A DNA stretch of 64,000 nt. Origin: Pristiophorus japonicus (Eukaryota). How positions within the stretch are numbered: the stretch's first letter is position 1; each line of letters opens with the position of its first letter. Below are positions 49,891 to 62,679 of the stretch, piece after piece. Below the pieces are notes generated by a model that saw only the letters and a program-made list of their open reading frames with translations, ran no database searches and was not told the origin of the DNA. The translations under genes were made by a program, and so were the position numbers. The stretch is taken from contig NC_091997.1 in the NCBI RefSeq assembly GCF_044704955.1, positions 15,500,001 to 15,564,000 of the forward strand, in the 5' to 3' direction.

Positions 49891-51675
49891 AGAACTTATG
49901 CCGAATGTTCCAGGGTGGTACGCTGTCGCAGGCTTGATCGGCGGTTGGTCGGGTGGGAAAGTTGTCATCTCATTCCCTCGCACCTTTCCCCCAGGCGCGT
50001 CTGTCATCGCAGAGCCGACCCAACCGGCAGTAGCAGGGGACCCAATTTAAATGACTATCAGATAGTTTACTGGCACCTATGAGCCTTTATTCACTTACTT
50101 TTAAAATTTCCCTGCATGGCCACAGGATTCAAGCAGCTCGGGAATCACGTCTGTCAAACTGAGGCGGGCGTTCCGTGGCCATTGATTACATGACAGCATG
50201 AAATGTAGACTAAAAGCTCCCACCTGACTGATGATCATATTCCTCAGGCAGAAACTGTTGTTCAGTCCATTTCCAGCATAGATTCTGCAGGCTGCAAGTG
50301 TTTCCAGCAAAGTCTCCATCCAGTGTCACCTCATTGGAAGAAATCTCTCGCCATTGGCAGAATGCTTCTGTCATTTGTACTTCACCTGCCATCTATTCCA
50401 TCAACATGTGTGCTCTTTATACTGTCTCACCTTGGTCCTCAGAATCGAACCACGATCAGCCCCAACACCAGCAGCACCAGGCACGCCAGCAGCACCAACA
50501 GCAACAATGGCAACCTTATCTGGGATCACCTGATGCTGCACAGGACAGAGGGCATCAGCACCCGAGCACATTTGTGCCCTGGAGGCCAGGGCTGGCCTTG
50601 TCATGGCCAGATTTTATTAAATTTATCCTGTACGCCCATATGGCTGCCACATGATGCACCAGGTTGACACCACCCTACACCAACACCATAAAGCATCCCG
50701 ACAATGACCAAGCCATTCCTTTCACACTCATCACCATTGCAGGGGTTACCGTTAAATATTACCATTCACTGTAACTCACTAAACCATTCCAAAGGTGCAC
50801 ACAAATCTGTCCAAGACCGGAAAATGTTGAAAATAAAGATTTTTTTGTTTGACAACACATTAACAGAAACTTTACATAAACATTGGATAAAACACCCAAG
50901 TGGCTACCCTTGTATGTTGTTAGTTGGTATGATTGCACTAGGATGAGGGTTGGTGTGAGGGGTGGTTAGTGAGATGGGGATGTGATAATGTGGATAGAGA
51001 GAGAGGGATGGGTGGATGTGCAAGGTATGTTGGTGTGAGTAAGGATGTGCAGGAGTAGGTTAGGGAAGGCAGAGTGATGGGGATGTGATGAGAGGCACAG
51101 CAGGATGCAGTTGAGTGTGGCTTGTACTAATGTTTCCTGATCGAATGAGATAATTGAAATGTTGACGACACTGCACCCAGGTCCTCCTGACCACATCGCT
51201 GCTTGTGACCTCCTCTGCAATCTGCAACCAGGCTGTCTTGGTCTCCTGGGGAGGTCTCTTCCGCCCATCGGAAGAGAAGAGGACCTCCCTGTGAGCTCTG
51301 ATTCCTCCATAAGTATATGGAGGGAGTAATTGGAGAATCTGGGTGCAGCCCTACACCTCTGTCTTGTCATTGTCGGTGTTTGCAGTACTCTGAAGCTGTA
51401 GTGCACTGACAGCACGATGTGAGATGAAATTCCAAATGTATTTTGGTCTTGTTCCCTTTAAAGATCCCGCTGAAAATGCATCATGAATGACGTAACCAGA
51501 CCCGCTCCATCTCACTGGGCCGGGTAACAAGCTGAGCAGGCTTAATAGGCCCCATTAAGGTAAGTTCACTTTCAACAGCGGGATGGAGTGAGCAGTGGGG
51601 TCGGGACCTGACATGACCACTGCCCACACCTGCCAAAAGGCACGGTGATAAAAATGTGTAGGTGCCAATTTGTAT
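49890..51675. mobile_element. Non-autonomous Harbinger element with a Myb remnant on the minus strand
   Basis: RAAPRFSNYSLHILME (ORF 50966-51415); GC-rich subterminal regions. Confidence 0.6.
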
Positions 51676-51689
51676 TTTTCCTGTACGCC

Positions 51690-52125
51690 CTCCGTGAGAT
51701 CCTCCAGCCAAGCTCTTCTAGTTTGCTCCAAACTACAAGCGCTACCCTTCAAAAGCAAACACTAAATTGAGGTGATTTGCTGGGAGGTGGTTTGCGCACT
51801 ATAATTATAACCAGTATTTGAAACAAATGGTACAAACCAGACACACTTAGGTCCAGTTGCTTATGAAAATAGGCAGCCGTTAATTGATATAACATTGCAG
51901 CTGTAATCACGGCATGGTGACAAGTCCTGCAGTACATACAGCATCTGTGCTAATAATAATCCAATAATCGTAATAGCCATCCAATCTACCACTACACATA
52001 AAGAAAGATTTTCAATGTGTAAGGGGCATGTGCAATGCAGTCCCATATTGACTAGTTGGATGTGAAGGAATGATCTGTGGAGCTATTTATCGTTGAGTGG
52101 TTGTGGTTGAATTTTCTTGCTGTTT
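51690..52125 (+). pseudogene. Possible totivirus-like Pol N-terminal remnant (copy 5)
   Basis: Unique sequence at the expected position. HPIYHYT and EWLW weakly resemble the H-x-H and xLW motifs; the match is weak. Confidence 0.2.
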
Positions 52126-52860
52126 TACGGATATTTTTGGTGCACAATCAGGACAAGTCAATTTTTGTGGTAGAAAACGGGGTAGGAACCCTTTTTGTCA
52201 ATCTTCCACCATTAAATCGCTTCCACGGAGTTCCAGTGGGATTTCTGGCTCTTCCCACAATCCCCCCCACCTAGTCTCAAGTGCCCTCATTTAAATATGT
52301 GATAACGAGGGGGCAATGGTGCTGTAGCTCCTGATTTGACGCTCTCAGTAACTCAGATTGAGAATTAGAATGTGCAGCGCTTGCCAGGGTTAGCTGCGAC
52401 AGGCAGCAGTGCGGAGGTTCTGAGCCTCAAGGATCTGGACGGAGCCATTCATGATTTCAAGCAGCTGGGAAATACCTTCTGCAGTTACCATTTTTCATTC
52501 TGCTTATACAGACCTGTACTTGCTTCTCATTGCTTTCGTCAAGGTCAGACCACTAGCAGATCCCCCTCCCCCCCCCCCGCCGCCCCACAGTCCCACTACC
52601 CACTTCCTTCACCCCCTACTCACAGTAAGCAGCCATTGCATTCTCTGTGTGCATGCCCTTGAATGCCATTATTATGCAGGTGGAGGAAGAGCATAGCTTG
52701 GAGCGAAGGAGAGTCAGGCTGCATTTAAGGAGGATGAACCCCATCAGGTATTATTGCATCTCCACTGACTATATAGGAAGCACAGGTTACACGAGAACGT
52801 TGCTGAGGAGATGTGTGTATAAGAACACACTTCACCATAGAGGCAGTAGGACAGCGCTGA

Positions 52861-54894
52861 CAGGGAAATCAGGGATAGTATTAAAGTCAAGGAAGTGGCA
52901 TACAAATTAGCCAGAAATAGCAGCGAACCTGGGGACTGGGAGAAATTTAGAACTCAGCAGAGGAGGACAAAGGGTTTGATTAGGGCAGGGAAAATGGAGT
53001 ACGAGAAGAAGCTTGCAGGGAGCATTAAGACGGATTGCAAAAGTTTCTATAGATATGTAAAGAGAAAAAGGTTAGTAAAGACAAACGTAGGTCTCCTGCA
53101 GTCAGAATCAGGGGAAGTCATAACGGGGAACAAAGAAATGGTGGACCAATTGAACAAGTACTTTGGTTCGGTATTCACTGAGGAGGACACAAACAACCTT
53201 CCGGATATACAAGGGGTCAGAGGGTCTAGTAAGGAGGAGGAACTGAGGGAAATCCTTATTAGTCGGGAAATTGTGTTGGGGAAATTGATGGGATTGAAGG
53301 CCGATAAATCCCCAGGGCCTGATGGACTGCATCCCAGAGTACTTAAGGAGGTGGCCTTGGAAATAGCGGATGCATTGACAGTCATTTTCCAACATTCCCT
53401 AGACTCTGGATCAGTTCCTATGGAGTGGAGGGTAGCCAATGTAACCCCACTTTTTAAAAAAGGAGGGAGAGAGAAAACAGAGAATTATAGACCGGTCAGC
53501 CTGACATCGGTAGTGGGTAAAATGATGGAATCAATTATTAAGGATGTCATAGCAGTGCATTTGGAAAGAGGTGACATGATAGGTCCAAGTCAGCATGGAT
53601 TTGTGAAAGAGAAATCATGCTTGACAAATCTTCTGGAATTTTTTGAGGATGTTTCCAGTAGAGTGGACAAGGGAGAACCAGTTGATATGTTATATTTGGA
53701 CTTTCAGAAGGCTTTCGACAAGGTCCCACACAAGAGATTAATGTGCAAAGTTAAAGCACATGGGATTGGGGGTAGTGTGCTGACATGGATTGAGAACTGG
53801 TTGTCAGACAGGAAGCAAAGAGTAGGAGTAAATGGGTACTTTTCAGAATGGCAGGCAGTGACTAGTGGGGTACCGCAAGGTTCTGTGCTGGGGCCCCAGC
53901 TGTTTACACTGTACATTAATGATTTAGACGAGGGGATTAAATGTAGTATCTCCAAATTTGCGGATGACACTAAGTTGGGCGGCAGTGTGAGCTGCGAGGA
54001 GGATGCTATGAGGCTGCAGAGCGACTTGGATAGGTTAGGTGAGTGGGCAAATGCATGGCAGATGAAGTATAATGTGGATAAATGTGAGGTTATCCACTTT
54101 GGTGGTAAAAACAGAGAGACAGACTATTATCTGAATGGTGACAGATTAGGAAAAGGGGAGGTGCAACGAGACCTGGGTGTCATGGTACATCAGTTATTGA
54201 AGGTTGGCATGCAGGTACAGCAGGCGGTTAAGAAAGCAAATGGCATGTTGGCCTTCATAGCGAGGGGATTTGAGTACAGGGGCAGGGAGGTGTTGCTACA
54301 GTTATACAGGGCCTTGGTGAGGCCACACCTGGAGTATTGTGTACAGTTTTGGTCTCCTAACCTGAGGAAGGCCATTCTTGCTATTGAGGGAGTGCAGCGA
54401 AGGTTCACCAGACTGATTCCCGGGATGGCGGGACTGACCTATCAAGAAAGACTAGATCAACTGGGCTTGTATTCACTGGAGTTCAGAAGAATGAGAGGGG
54501 ACCTCATAGAAACGTTTAAAATTCTGACGGGGTTAGACAGGTTAAATGCAGGAAGAATGTTCCCAATGTTGGGGAAGTCCAGAACCAGGGGACACAGTCT
54601 AAGGAAAAGGGATAAGCCATTTAGGATTGAGATGAGGAGAAACTTCTTCACTCAGAGAATTGCGAACCTGTGGAATTCTCTACCGCAGAGAGTTGTTGAG
54701 GCCAATTGACTAAATATATTCAAAAAGGAGTTAGATGAAGTCCTTACTACTAGGGGGATCAAGGGGTATGGCGAGAAAGCAGGAATGGGGTACTGAAGTT
54801 GCATGTTCAGCCATGAACTCATTGAATGGCGGTGCAGGCTAAAAGGGCTGAATGGCATACTCCTGCACCTATTTTCTGTGTTTCTATGTTTCTA
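52861..54894 (+). mobile_element. Young 5'-truncated CR1 with an open 604-aa RT-containing frame
   Basis: ORF 52895-54709 contains FADD and is nearly identical to 10920-12953. Confidence 0.97.
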
Positions 54895-55413
54895 CTGCAT
54901 GAGGTCCTGCAGCCCCGCTCATCTGCCAGCTCTGCTCTCTGTGTGGCTACCAAGGTGACCACCACTCTCAACTTTTATGGTATGGGCTCATTTCAGGCAG
55001 TCACAGGCAATCTCTATAATATTAGTTACAATCCGGGCATGCATTCATCAGGTGACTGGTTCGCTTTACAGGAGAGCTGAGAAATTCAACACATCTGATG
55101 TCACAGCAAGGCTGTGTAAGGTAGGACAATTCAGTCTTCCAGGTTTGCTAGACTTCCAAAGGTCCAGGCTCCAGTCAATGGCATCCACGTTGCTTTTTGA
55201 GCTCCCACAGACCACCTCGTCAACTACCTCAACAGAAAGGACTTCCACTTTCTAAATGTAGATGTTGTGTGAGTATTCACAAGATCCTGCAAATCCATGC
55301 GACGTATGCTGGAAGTTGTCACTATGGATGCATCCTTCGAAATTCAGGCTTCCCTGATCTCTTTCCTGATTTGCTTGGTTTGATGGGGTTGTGCAGCATG
55401 CTACAGATCACTT

Positions 55414-58400
55414 AAGAACATAAGAACATAAGAAATAGGAGCAGGAGTAGGCCATACGGCCCCTCGAGCCTGCTCCACCATTCAATCAGATCATGGCTGA
55501 TCTGATCATGGAGTCAGCTCCACTTCCCTGCCCGCTCCCCATAACCTCTTATCCCTTTATCATTTCAGAAACTGTCTATTTCTGTCTTAAATGTATTCAA
55601 TGTCCCAGCTTCCACAGCTCTCTGAGACAGCGAATTCCACAGATTTACAACCCTCTGAGAGAAGAAATTTCTCCTCATCTCAGTTTTAAATGGGCGGCCC
55701 CTTATTCTAAGATCATGCCCTCTAGTTCTCGTCTCCCCCATTAGTGGAAGCATTCTCTCTGCATCCACCTTGTCAAGCCCCCTCATACTCTTATACGTTT
55801 CGATAAGATCACCTCTCATTCTTCTGAATTCCAATGAGTAGAGGCCCAACCTACTCAACCTTTCCTCATAAGTCAACCCCCTCATCTCCAGAATCAACCT
55901 AGTGAACCTTCTCTGAACTGTCTCCAAAGCAAGTATATCCTTTTGTAAATATGGAAACTAAAACTGCACGCAGTATTCCAGGTGTGGCCCCACCAATACC
56001 TTATATAGCTGTAGCAAGACATCCCTGCTTTTATACTCCATCCCCTTTGCAATAAAGGCTAAGATTCCATTGGCCTTCCTGAATACCTGCTGTACCTGCT
56101 TACTATCCTTTTATGTTTCATGCACAAGTACCCCCAGTTCCTGCGGTACTGCAGCACTTTGCAATCTTTCTCCATTTAAATAATAACTTGCTCTTTGATT
56201 TTTTTTCTGCCAAAGTGCATGACCTCACACTTTCCAACATTATACTCCATCTGCCAAATTTTTGCCCACTCACTTAGCCTGTCTATGTCCTTTTGCAAAT
56301 TTTTTGTTTCCTCCTCACACATTGCTTTTCCTCCCATCTTTGTATCGTCGGCAAACTTGGCTACGTTACACTCAGTCCCTTCTTCCAAGTATTTAATATA
56401 GATTGTAAATAGTTGGGGTCTCAGCACTGATCCCTGCGGCACCCCACAAATTGCTGGTTACCAACCAGAGAATGAACCATTTATCCTGATTCTCTGTTCT
56501 CTGTTAGTTAGCCAATCCTCTATCCATGCTAATATATTACCCCCAACCCCATGAACTTTTATCTTGTGCAGATCTTTTATGTGGCACCTTGTCAAATGCC
56601 TTCTAGAAATCCAAATACACCACATCCACTGGTGACCCTTTATCCACTCTGTGCGTTACATCCTCAAAGAATTGCAGCAAATTTGTCAAACATGACTTCC
56701 CCTTCATAAGTCCATGCTGACTCTGCCTGACCGAATTTTGCTTTTCCAAATGTCCTGCCACTGCTTCCTTAATAATGGACTCCAACATTTTCCCAACCAC
56801 AGATGTTAGGCTAACTGGTCTATAGTTTACGGATTTTTGTCTGCCTCCTTTTTGAAATAGGTGTGTTACATTTGCAGTTTTCCAATCTGCTGGGACCTCC
56901 CCAGAATCCAGGGAATTTTGGTAAATTACAACCAATGCATCCACAATCCCTGCCGTTACTTCTCTTAAGACCCTAAAATGTAAGCCATCAGGTCCAGGGG
57001 ATTTATCTGCCTTTAGTCCCATCATCTTACTGAGTACTACCTCCTTAGTGATTGTGAGTGTGTTAAGTTCCTCCCCCGCTATAACCCCTTGACTATCCAC
57101 TGTTGGAATATTGTTATTGTCCTCTACTGTAAAGACTGATACAAAATATTTGTTCAGAATTTCTGCCATTTCCATGTTCCCCATTACTAATTCCCTCTAA
57201 GGACCAACATTTACTTTAGTCACTCTGTTCCTTTTTATATACCTATAGAAACTCTTGCTATCTGAGGTCCTACAAGCTGAATTTAGGGAGCTAGGAGTTA
57301 GATTAAAAAGTAGGACGTCAAAGGTAGTAATCTCACGATTGCTACCAGTGCTAGTCAGAGTCGGAATGGCAGGATAGCTAAGATGAATACATGGCTTGAG
57401 GAGTGCTGCAGGAGGGAGGGATTCAAATTCCTGGGACATTGGAATCGGTCTGGGGAGGTGGGACCAGTACAAACCGGACGGTCTGCACCTGGGCAGGACC
57501 GGAACCAATGTCCGAGGGGGAGTGTTTGCTAGTACTGTTGGGGAGCGGTTAAACTAATATGGTAGGGGATAGGAATCTATGCAGGGAGACAGAGGGAAGT
57601 AAAATGGGGGCAGAAGCAAAATATAGAAAGAAGAAAAGTAAAAGTGGAGGGCAGAGAAACCCAAGGCAAAAATCAAAAAGGGCCACATTACAGCAAAATC
57701 CTAAAGGGACAAAGTGTGTTAAAAAGACAAGCCTGAAGGCTCTGTGCCTCAATGCGAGGAGTATTCGGAATAAGGTGGACGAATTAACTGCACATGCAGC
57801 TATTAACGATTATGATATAATTGGGATTACGGAGACATGGCTCCAGGGTGACCAAGGCTGGGAACTCAACATCCAGGGGTATTCAACATTCAGGAAGGAT
57901 AGACTGAAAGGAAAAGTAGCTGGGGTAGCGTTGCTGGTTAAAGAGGAAATTAACGCAATAGTAAGGAAGGACATTAGCTTGGATGATGTGGAATCTGTAT
58001 GGGTAGAGCTGCGGAATACCAAAGGGCACAAACCGCTAGTGGGAATTGTGTACAGACCACCAAACAATAGTAGTGAGTTTGGGGACAGCATCAAACAAAA
58101 AATTAGGGATGCGTGCAATAAAGGTACAGCAGTTATCGTGGGCGACTTTAATCTACATATTGATTGGGCTAACCAAACTGGTAGCAATACGGTGGAGGAG
58201 GATTTCCTGGAGTGTATTAGGGATGGTTTTCTAGACCAATATGTCGAGGAACCAACTAGAGGGCTGGCCATCCTAGACTGGGTGATGTGTAATGAGAAAG
58301 GACTAATTAGAAATCTTGTTGTGCGAGGCCCTTTGGGGAAGTGTGACCATAATATGATAGAATTCTTTATCAAGATGGAGAGTGACACAGTTAATTCAGA

Positions 58401-60975
58401 GACTAGGGTCCTGAGCTTAAGGAAAGGTAACTTCGATGGTATGAGACATGAATTGGCTAGAATAGACTGGCGAATGATACTTAAAGGATTGATGGTGGAT
58501 AGGCAATAGCAAACATTTAAAGATCACATGGTTGAACTTCAACAATTGTACATCCCTATCTGGAGTAAAAATAAAACGGGGAACATGGCTCAACCGTGGC
58601 GAACAAGGGAAATTAGGGATAGTGTTAAATCCAAGGAAGAGGCAGATAAATTGGCCAGAAAAAACAGCAAACCTGAGGACTGGGAGAAATTTAGAATTCC
58701 GCAGAGGTGGACAAAGGGTTTACTTAGGAGGGGGAAAATAGAGTATGAGAGGAAGCTTGCTGGGAACATATAAACTGACTGCAAAGCGTCTATAGATATG
58801 TGAAGAGAAAAAGATTAGTGAAGACAAACGTAGGTCCCTTGCAGTCAGAATCAGGTGAATTTATAATGGGGAGCAAAGAAATGGCAGACCAATTGAACAA
58901 ATGCTTTGGTTCTGTCTTCACGAAGGAAGACACATATAACCTTCCTGAAATACTAGGGGACTGAGGGTCTAACAAGAAGGAGGAACTGAAGGAAATCCTT
59001 ATTAGTCAGCAAATTGTGTTTGGGAAATTGATGGAATTGAAGGCCGATAAATCCCCAGGGCCTGATAGCCTGCATCCCAGAGTACTTAAGGAAGTAGCCC
59101 TAAAAATAGTGGATGCATTGGTGATCATTTTCCAACAGTCTATCAACTCTGGATCACTTCCTATGGACTGGAGGGTAGCTAATGTAACACCATTTTTTTA
59201 AAAAAGGAGGGAGAGAGAAAACAGGGAATTATAGAATGGTTAGCCTGACATCGGTAGTGGGGAAAATGTTGGAATCAATTATTAAAGATGAAATAACAGC
59301 GTATTTGGAAAGCAATGACAGGATCGGTCCAAGTCAGCATGGATTTATGAAAGGGAAATCATGCTTGACAAATCTTCTAGAATGTTTTGAGGATGTAACT
59401 AGTAGAGTGGACAAGGGAGAACCAGTGGATGTGGTGTATTTGGACTTTCATAAGGCTTTTGACAAGGTCCCACACAAGAAATTAGTGTGCAAAATTAAAG
59501 CACGTGATATTGGGGGTAATGTATTGACGTGGATAGACAACTGGTTGGCAGAGAGTAGGGATAAACGGGTCCTTCACAGAATGGCAGGCAGTGACTAGTG
59601 GGGTGCTACAGGGCTCAGTGCTGGGACCCCAGCTATTTACAATATACATTAATGATTTTGATGAAGAAATTGAGTGTAATATCTCCAAGTTTGCAGATGA
59701 CACTAAGCTGGGTGGCGGTGTGCGCTGTGAGAAGGGTGCTAAGAGGCTGCAGGATAACTTGGACAGGTTAGGTGAGTGGGCAAATGCATGGCAGATGCAG
59801 TATAGTATGAATAAATGTGAGGTTATCCACTTTTGTGGCAAAAACATGAAGGCAGAATATTATCTGAATGGCGGCAGATTAGGAAAAGGGGAAGTGCAAC
59901 GAGACCTGGGTGTCATGGTACATCAGTCATTGAAAGTTGGCATGCAGGTACAGCAGGCGGAGAAGAAGGCAAACGGTATGTTGGCCTTCATAGCTAGGGG
60001 ATTTGAGTATAGGAGCAGGGAGGTCTTACTGCAGTTGTACGGGGCCTTAGTGAGGCCTCACCTGGAATATTGTGTTCAGTTTTGATCTCCTAATCTGAGG
60101 AAGGACATTCTTGTTATTGAGGGATTGCAGCGAAGGTTCACCAGACTGATGCCCGGAATGGCAGGACTGACATATGAGGAGGGACTGGATTGACTGGGCC
60201 TGTATTCACTGGAGTTTAGAAGAATGAGAGGGGATCTCATAGAAACGTATAAAATTCTGATGGGACTGGACAGGTTAGAAGCAGAAAGAATGTTCCCGAT
60301 GTTGAGGAAGTCCAGAACCAGGGGACATAGTCTAAGGATAAGGGGTAAGCCTTATGAGGAGAAACTTCTTCACTCAGAGAGTTGTGAACCTGTGGAATTC
60401 TCTACTGCAGAGAGTTGTTGATGCCAGTTCGTTTGCTATATTCAAGAGGTAGTTATATATGGCCCTGACAGCTAAAGGGATCAAGGGGTATAGAGAAAGC
60501 AGGAAAGGGGTACTGAGGTGAATGATCAGTCATGATTTTATTGAATGGTGGTGCAGGCTCGAAGGGCCAAATGGCCTACTCCTGCACCTACTTTCTATGT
60601 TTCTATGTTTCTATGTTTTTATATTTTGTGCTAGTTTACTTTTATAGTCTATCTTCCCTTTTTTAATCATTTTTTTAGTCAGTCTTTGCTGGCTTTTTAA
60701 AGCTTCCCAATTGTCTGTCCTCCCACTAGTTGTGCCCACTTTGTATGCCCTTGTTTTTAATTGGATACCGTCCGTTATTTCTTTAGTTAGCCACGGATGG
60801 CTATCTTTTCTCTTACACCCTTTCCTCCTCACTGGAATATGTTTTTCTTGAGAGTTGTGAAATATCTCCTTAAATGTACCCCACTGTTCATCAACCGTCC
60901 TAAACTTTAATCTATTTTCCCAGTCCACTTTAGTCAACTCTCTGCCCTCATACCTTCATAGTTTCCTTTATTTAA
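55414..60975 (-). mobile_element. CR1 LINE (pieces 55414-57263 and 60613-60975) split by another CR1
   Basis: ..KLAQNIKT | DSKSFYRYIK.. joins exactly across the insertion. Confidence 0.92.
57264..60612 (+). mobile_element. CR1 LINE with ORF1 C-terminus (SGNH esterase-like) and disrupted ORF2
   Basis: 57264-57555 reads FRELG.RLKSRT.KVVIS..MNTWL..DGLHL. The endonuclease ORF is 57559-58509, followed by RT fragments and tail. Confidence 0.95.
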
Positions 60976-61279
60976 GCATCACATATCATGCATAGTTGTA
61001 GCTGCTGTACAACTTCGCCATACAAAAAGTTGCACTGTGACTGTGCTGGGGAGTCAGACCGAACTGTATGAAAAAGAGCTTGACAATGACCTGCATTCGG
61101 AGGATTCCTCAGTGAATGATGCAAGGGGCATCAGAGCACATCTCATCACGGAAATCTTCACTTCTGTGTAACACAGACTGTCTTTTATATCACAGCCTTA
61201 CACCCCTCTCCACCAGCTTAAAGTGAATCGTCATTCCCTCAATCCACTACCTGCCTTACAACATGAAAATCTATCCACA

Positions 61280-61505
61280 ACAACAACTTATATTTATATA
61301 GCACCTTTAACGTAGTGAACCGTCCCAAGGCACTTCATAGGAGTATTATGCGATCAAACAATTTGACACCGAGCCGTATAAGTAGGAATTAGCACAAGTG
61401 ACCAAAAGCTTGGTCAAAGTGATAGGTTTTAAGGAGCGTCTTGAAGGAGGAAAGAGAGGTAGAGAGGCGGGGAGTTCCAGAGCTGGGGGCCTAGGCAACA
61501 GAAGG
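61280..61505 (-). mobile_element. L2 3' end
   Basis: Matches 17605-17830; short acaacaacaac tail. Confidence 0.8.
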
Positions 61506-62679
61506 TACCATCAGTCTTCTTTGTCTCGACATGAGATTGTCAATAATCATCACCTGAATGATTAAGTCACCACCAACTACGTGTATCCTTTCTTGTATGA
61601 CTCTAAACTTGATGAATAACAAATCACAGCATAAGGACACATTTTATTTCATTTCAATGAAGTCTAAAGTGAACATTAGCCAAGCTAGTATTTCCCAACA
61701 CCATGCATCCGCTGGGCGCCGAGAAGTGCCTTTCTTCCAACTATTCTAGTTCTCCACCAAGATCCAATCTGAGGGCCAATATTGCAAGAGGTGGTTGGAT
61801 CTTCCTGTGCTATGAAAGGCTCATGTGGGTGAGGTGTCCTTCCTCTCATTGCAGCTTGCTTGTGGCAGGGAGCTGCTGATTATTGCATCTCTGCAGTTTC
61901 TTCCTGGGCAGCCTGGTGCCACCCCCATGCTCTAATGGTGCGGTGCTCTGAGGGGGCTTGGTAGGAGGACGGTGATAGCGCCGTAACTCAGGGCACTAAG
62001 AGGCAGGTGGACACCAGCTGTCCTCATTCCACTGAGCCCTGGATCTGTGCCCCCACTAACCAGCAGGATGGCTGCTCTAATTGCAACAATCTGATCCTGA
62101 AAGCCCCAAGAGTCAGCAGGATGCATTGCGGCCACTGTTATCTGTATTTTCTCCACTATTACTCCCAGAGTTGCAGCCTGTACTTTCATTGTGGTTGGGA
62201 CGCTGACTGACTGCTTCCCAGATGGGGCTCTGCTGCAGATTCCTGTGAAAACACCTCCATTGGTGCCTGCAAACAAGATAAAGCTACCGCAATATTGCCG
62301 CAAAGGAGAACTATAGCCTCATGAGTGGCATCTATCGGTTGCTGCACAGTCTCAGAGACTGTCCTCAGAGCCAACACGAAGATAGGATGCTCCTCAAACA
62401 TCCTTCTTTTCAGGTGAGTATCCATGAGTATTGAGTACTGATTCTGCAACCATTGGCTGCTTTCTGCTGGGAAGATGGCACATTGTCACCCACTTCCCAG
62501 GCCTCCAGTTCCCCCATGCTCTGCGAGTCACCCAATGCCAAATCCTCGCTAAACACCATCTAATTGCCCCCAGGTGAAAGCACAGAGCTTGTGCCTGGAA
62601 ATAAAGAAGCAAGTGATACCGTTGAGTTGGAGGTTTGAGCAGGAACTCATTGGTAGACTTCGGTCTGACAATTTTAAAA

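Larger units (their letters stand above)
52126..62670 (+). mobile_element. Old Harbinger element fragmented by three CR1 insertions (transposase pieces ~52670-52860, 54895-55413, 60976-61171; probable accessory-gene remnant on minus at 61700-62650)
   Basis: LQPRSSASSALCVATKVTTTLNFYGMGSFQ, LPKVQAPVNGIHV, YLNRKDFH and C-terminal ARGIRAHLITEIF are HARBI1-like. Outer boundaries are uncertain. Confidence 0.7.
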
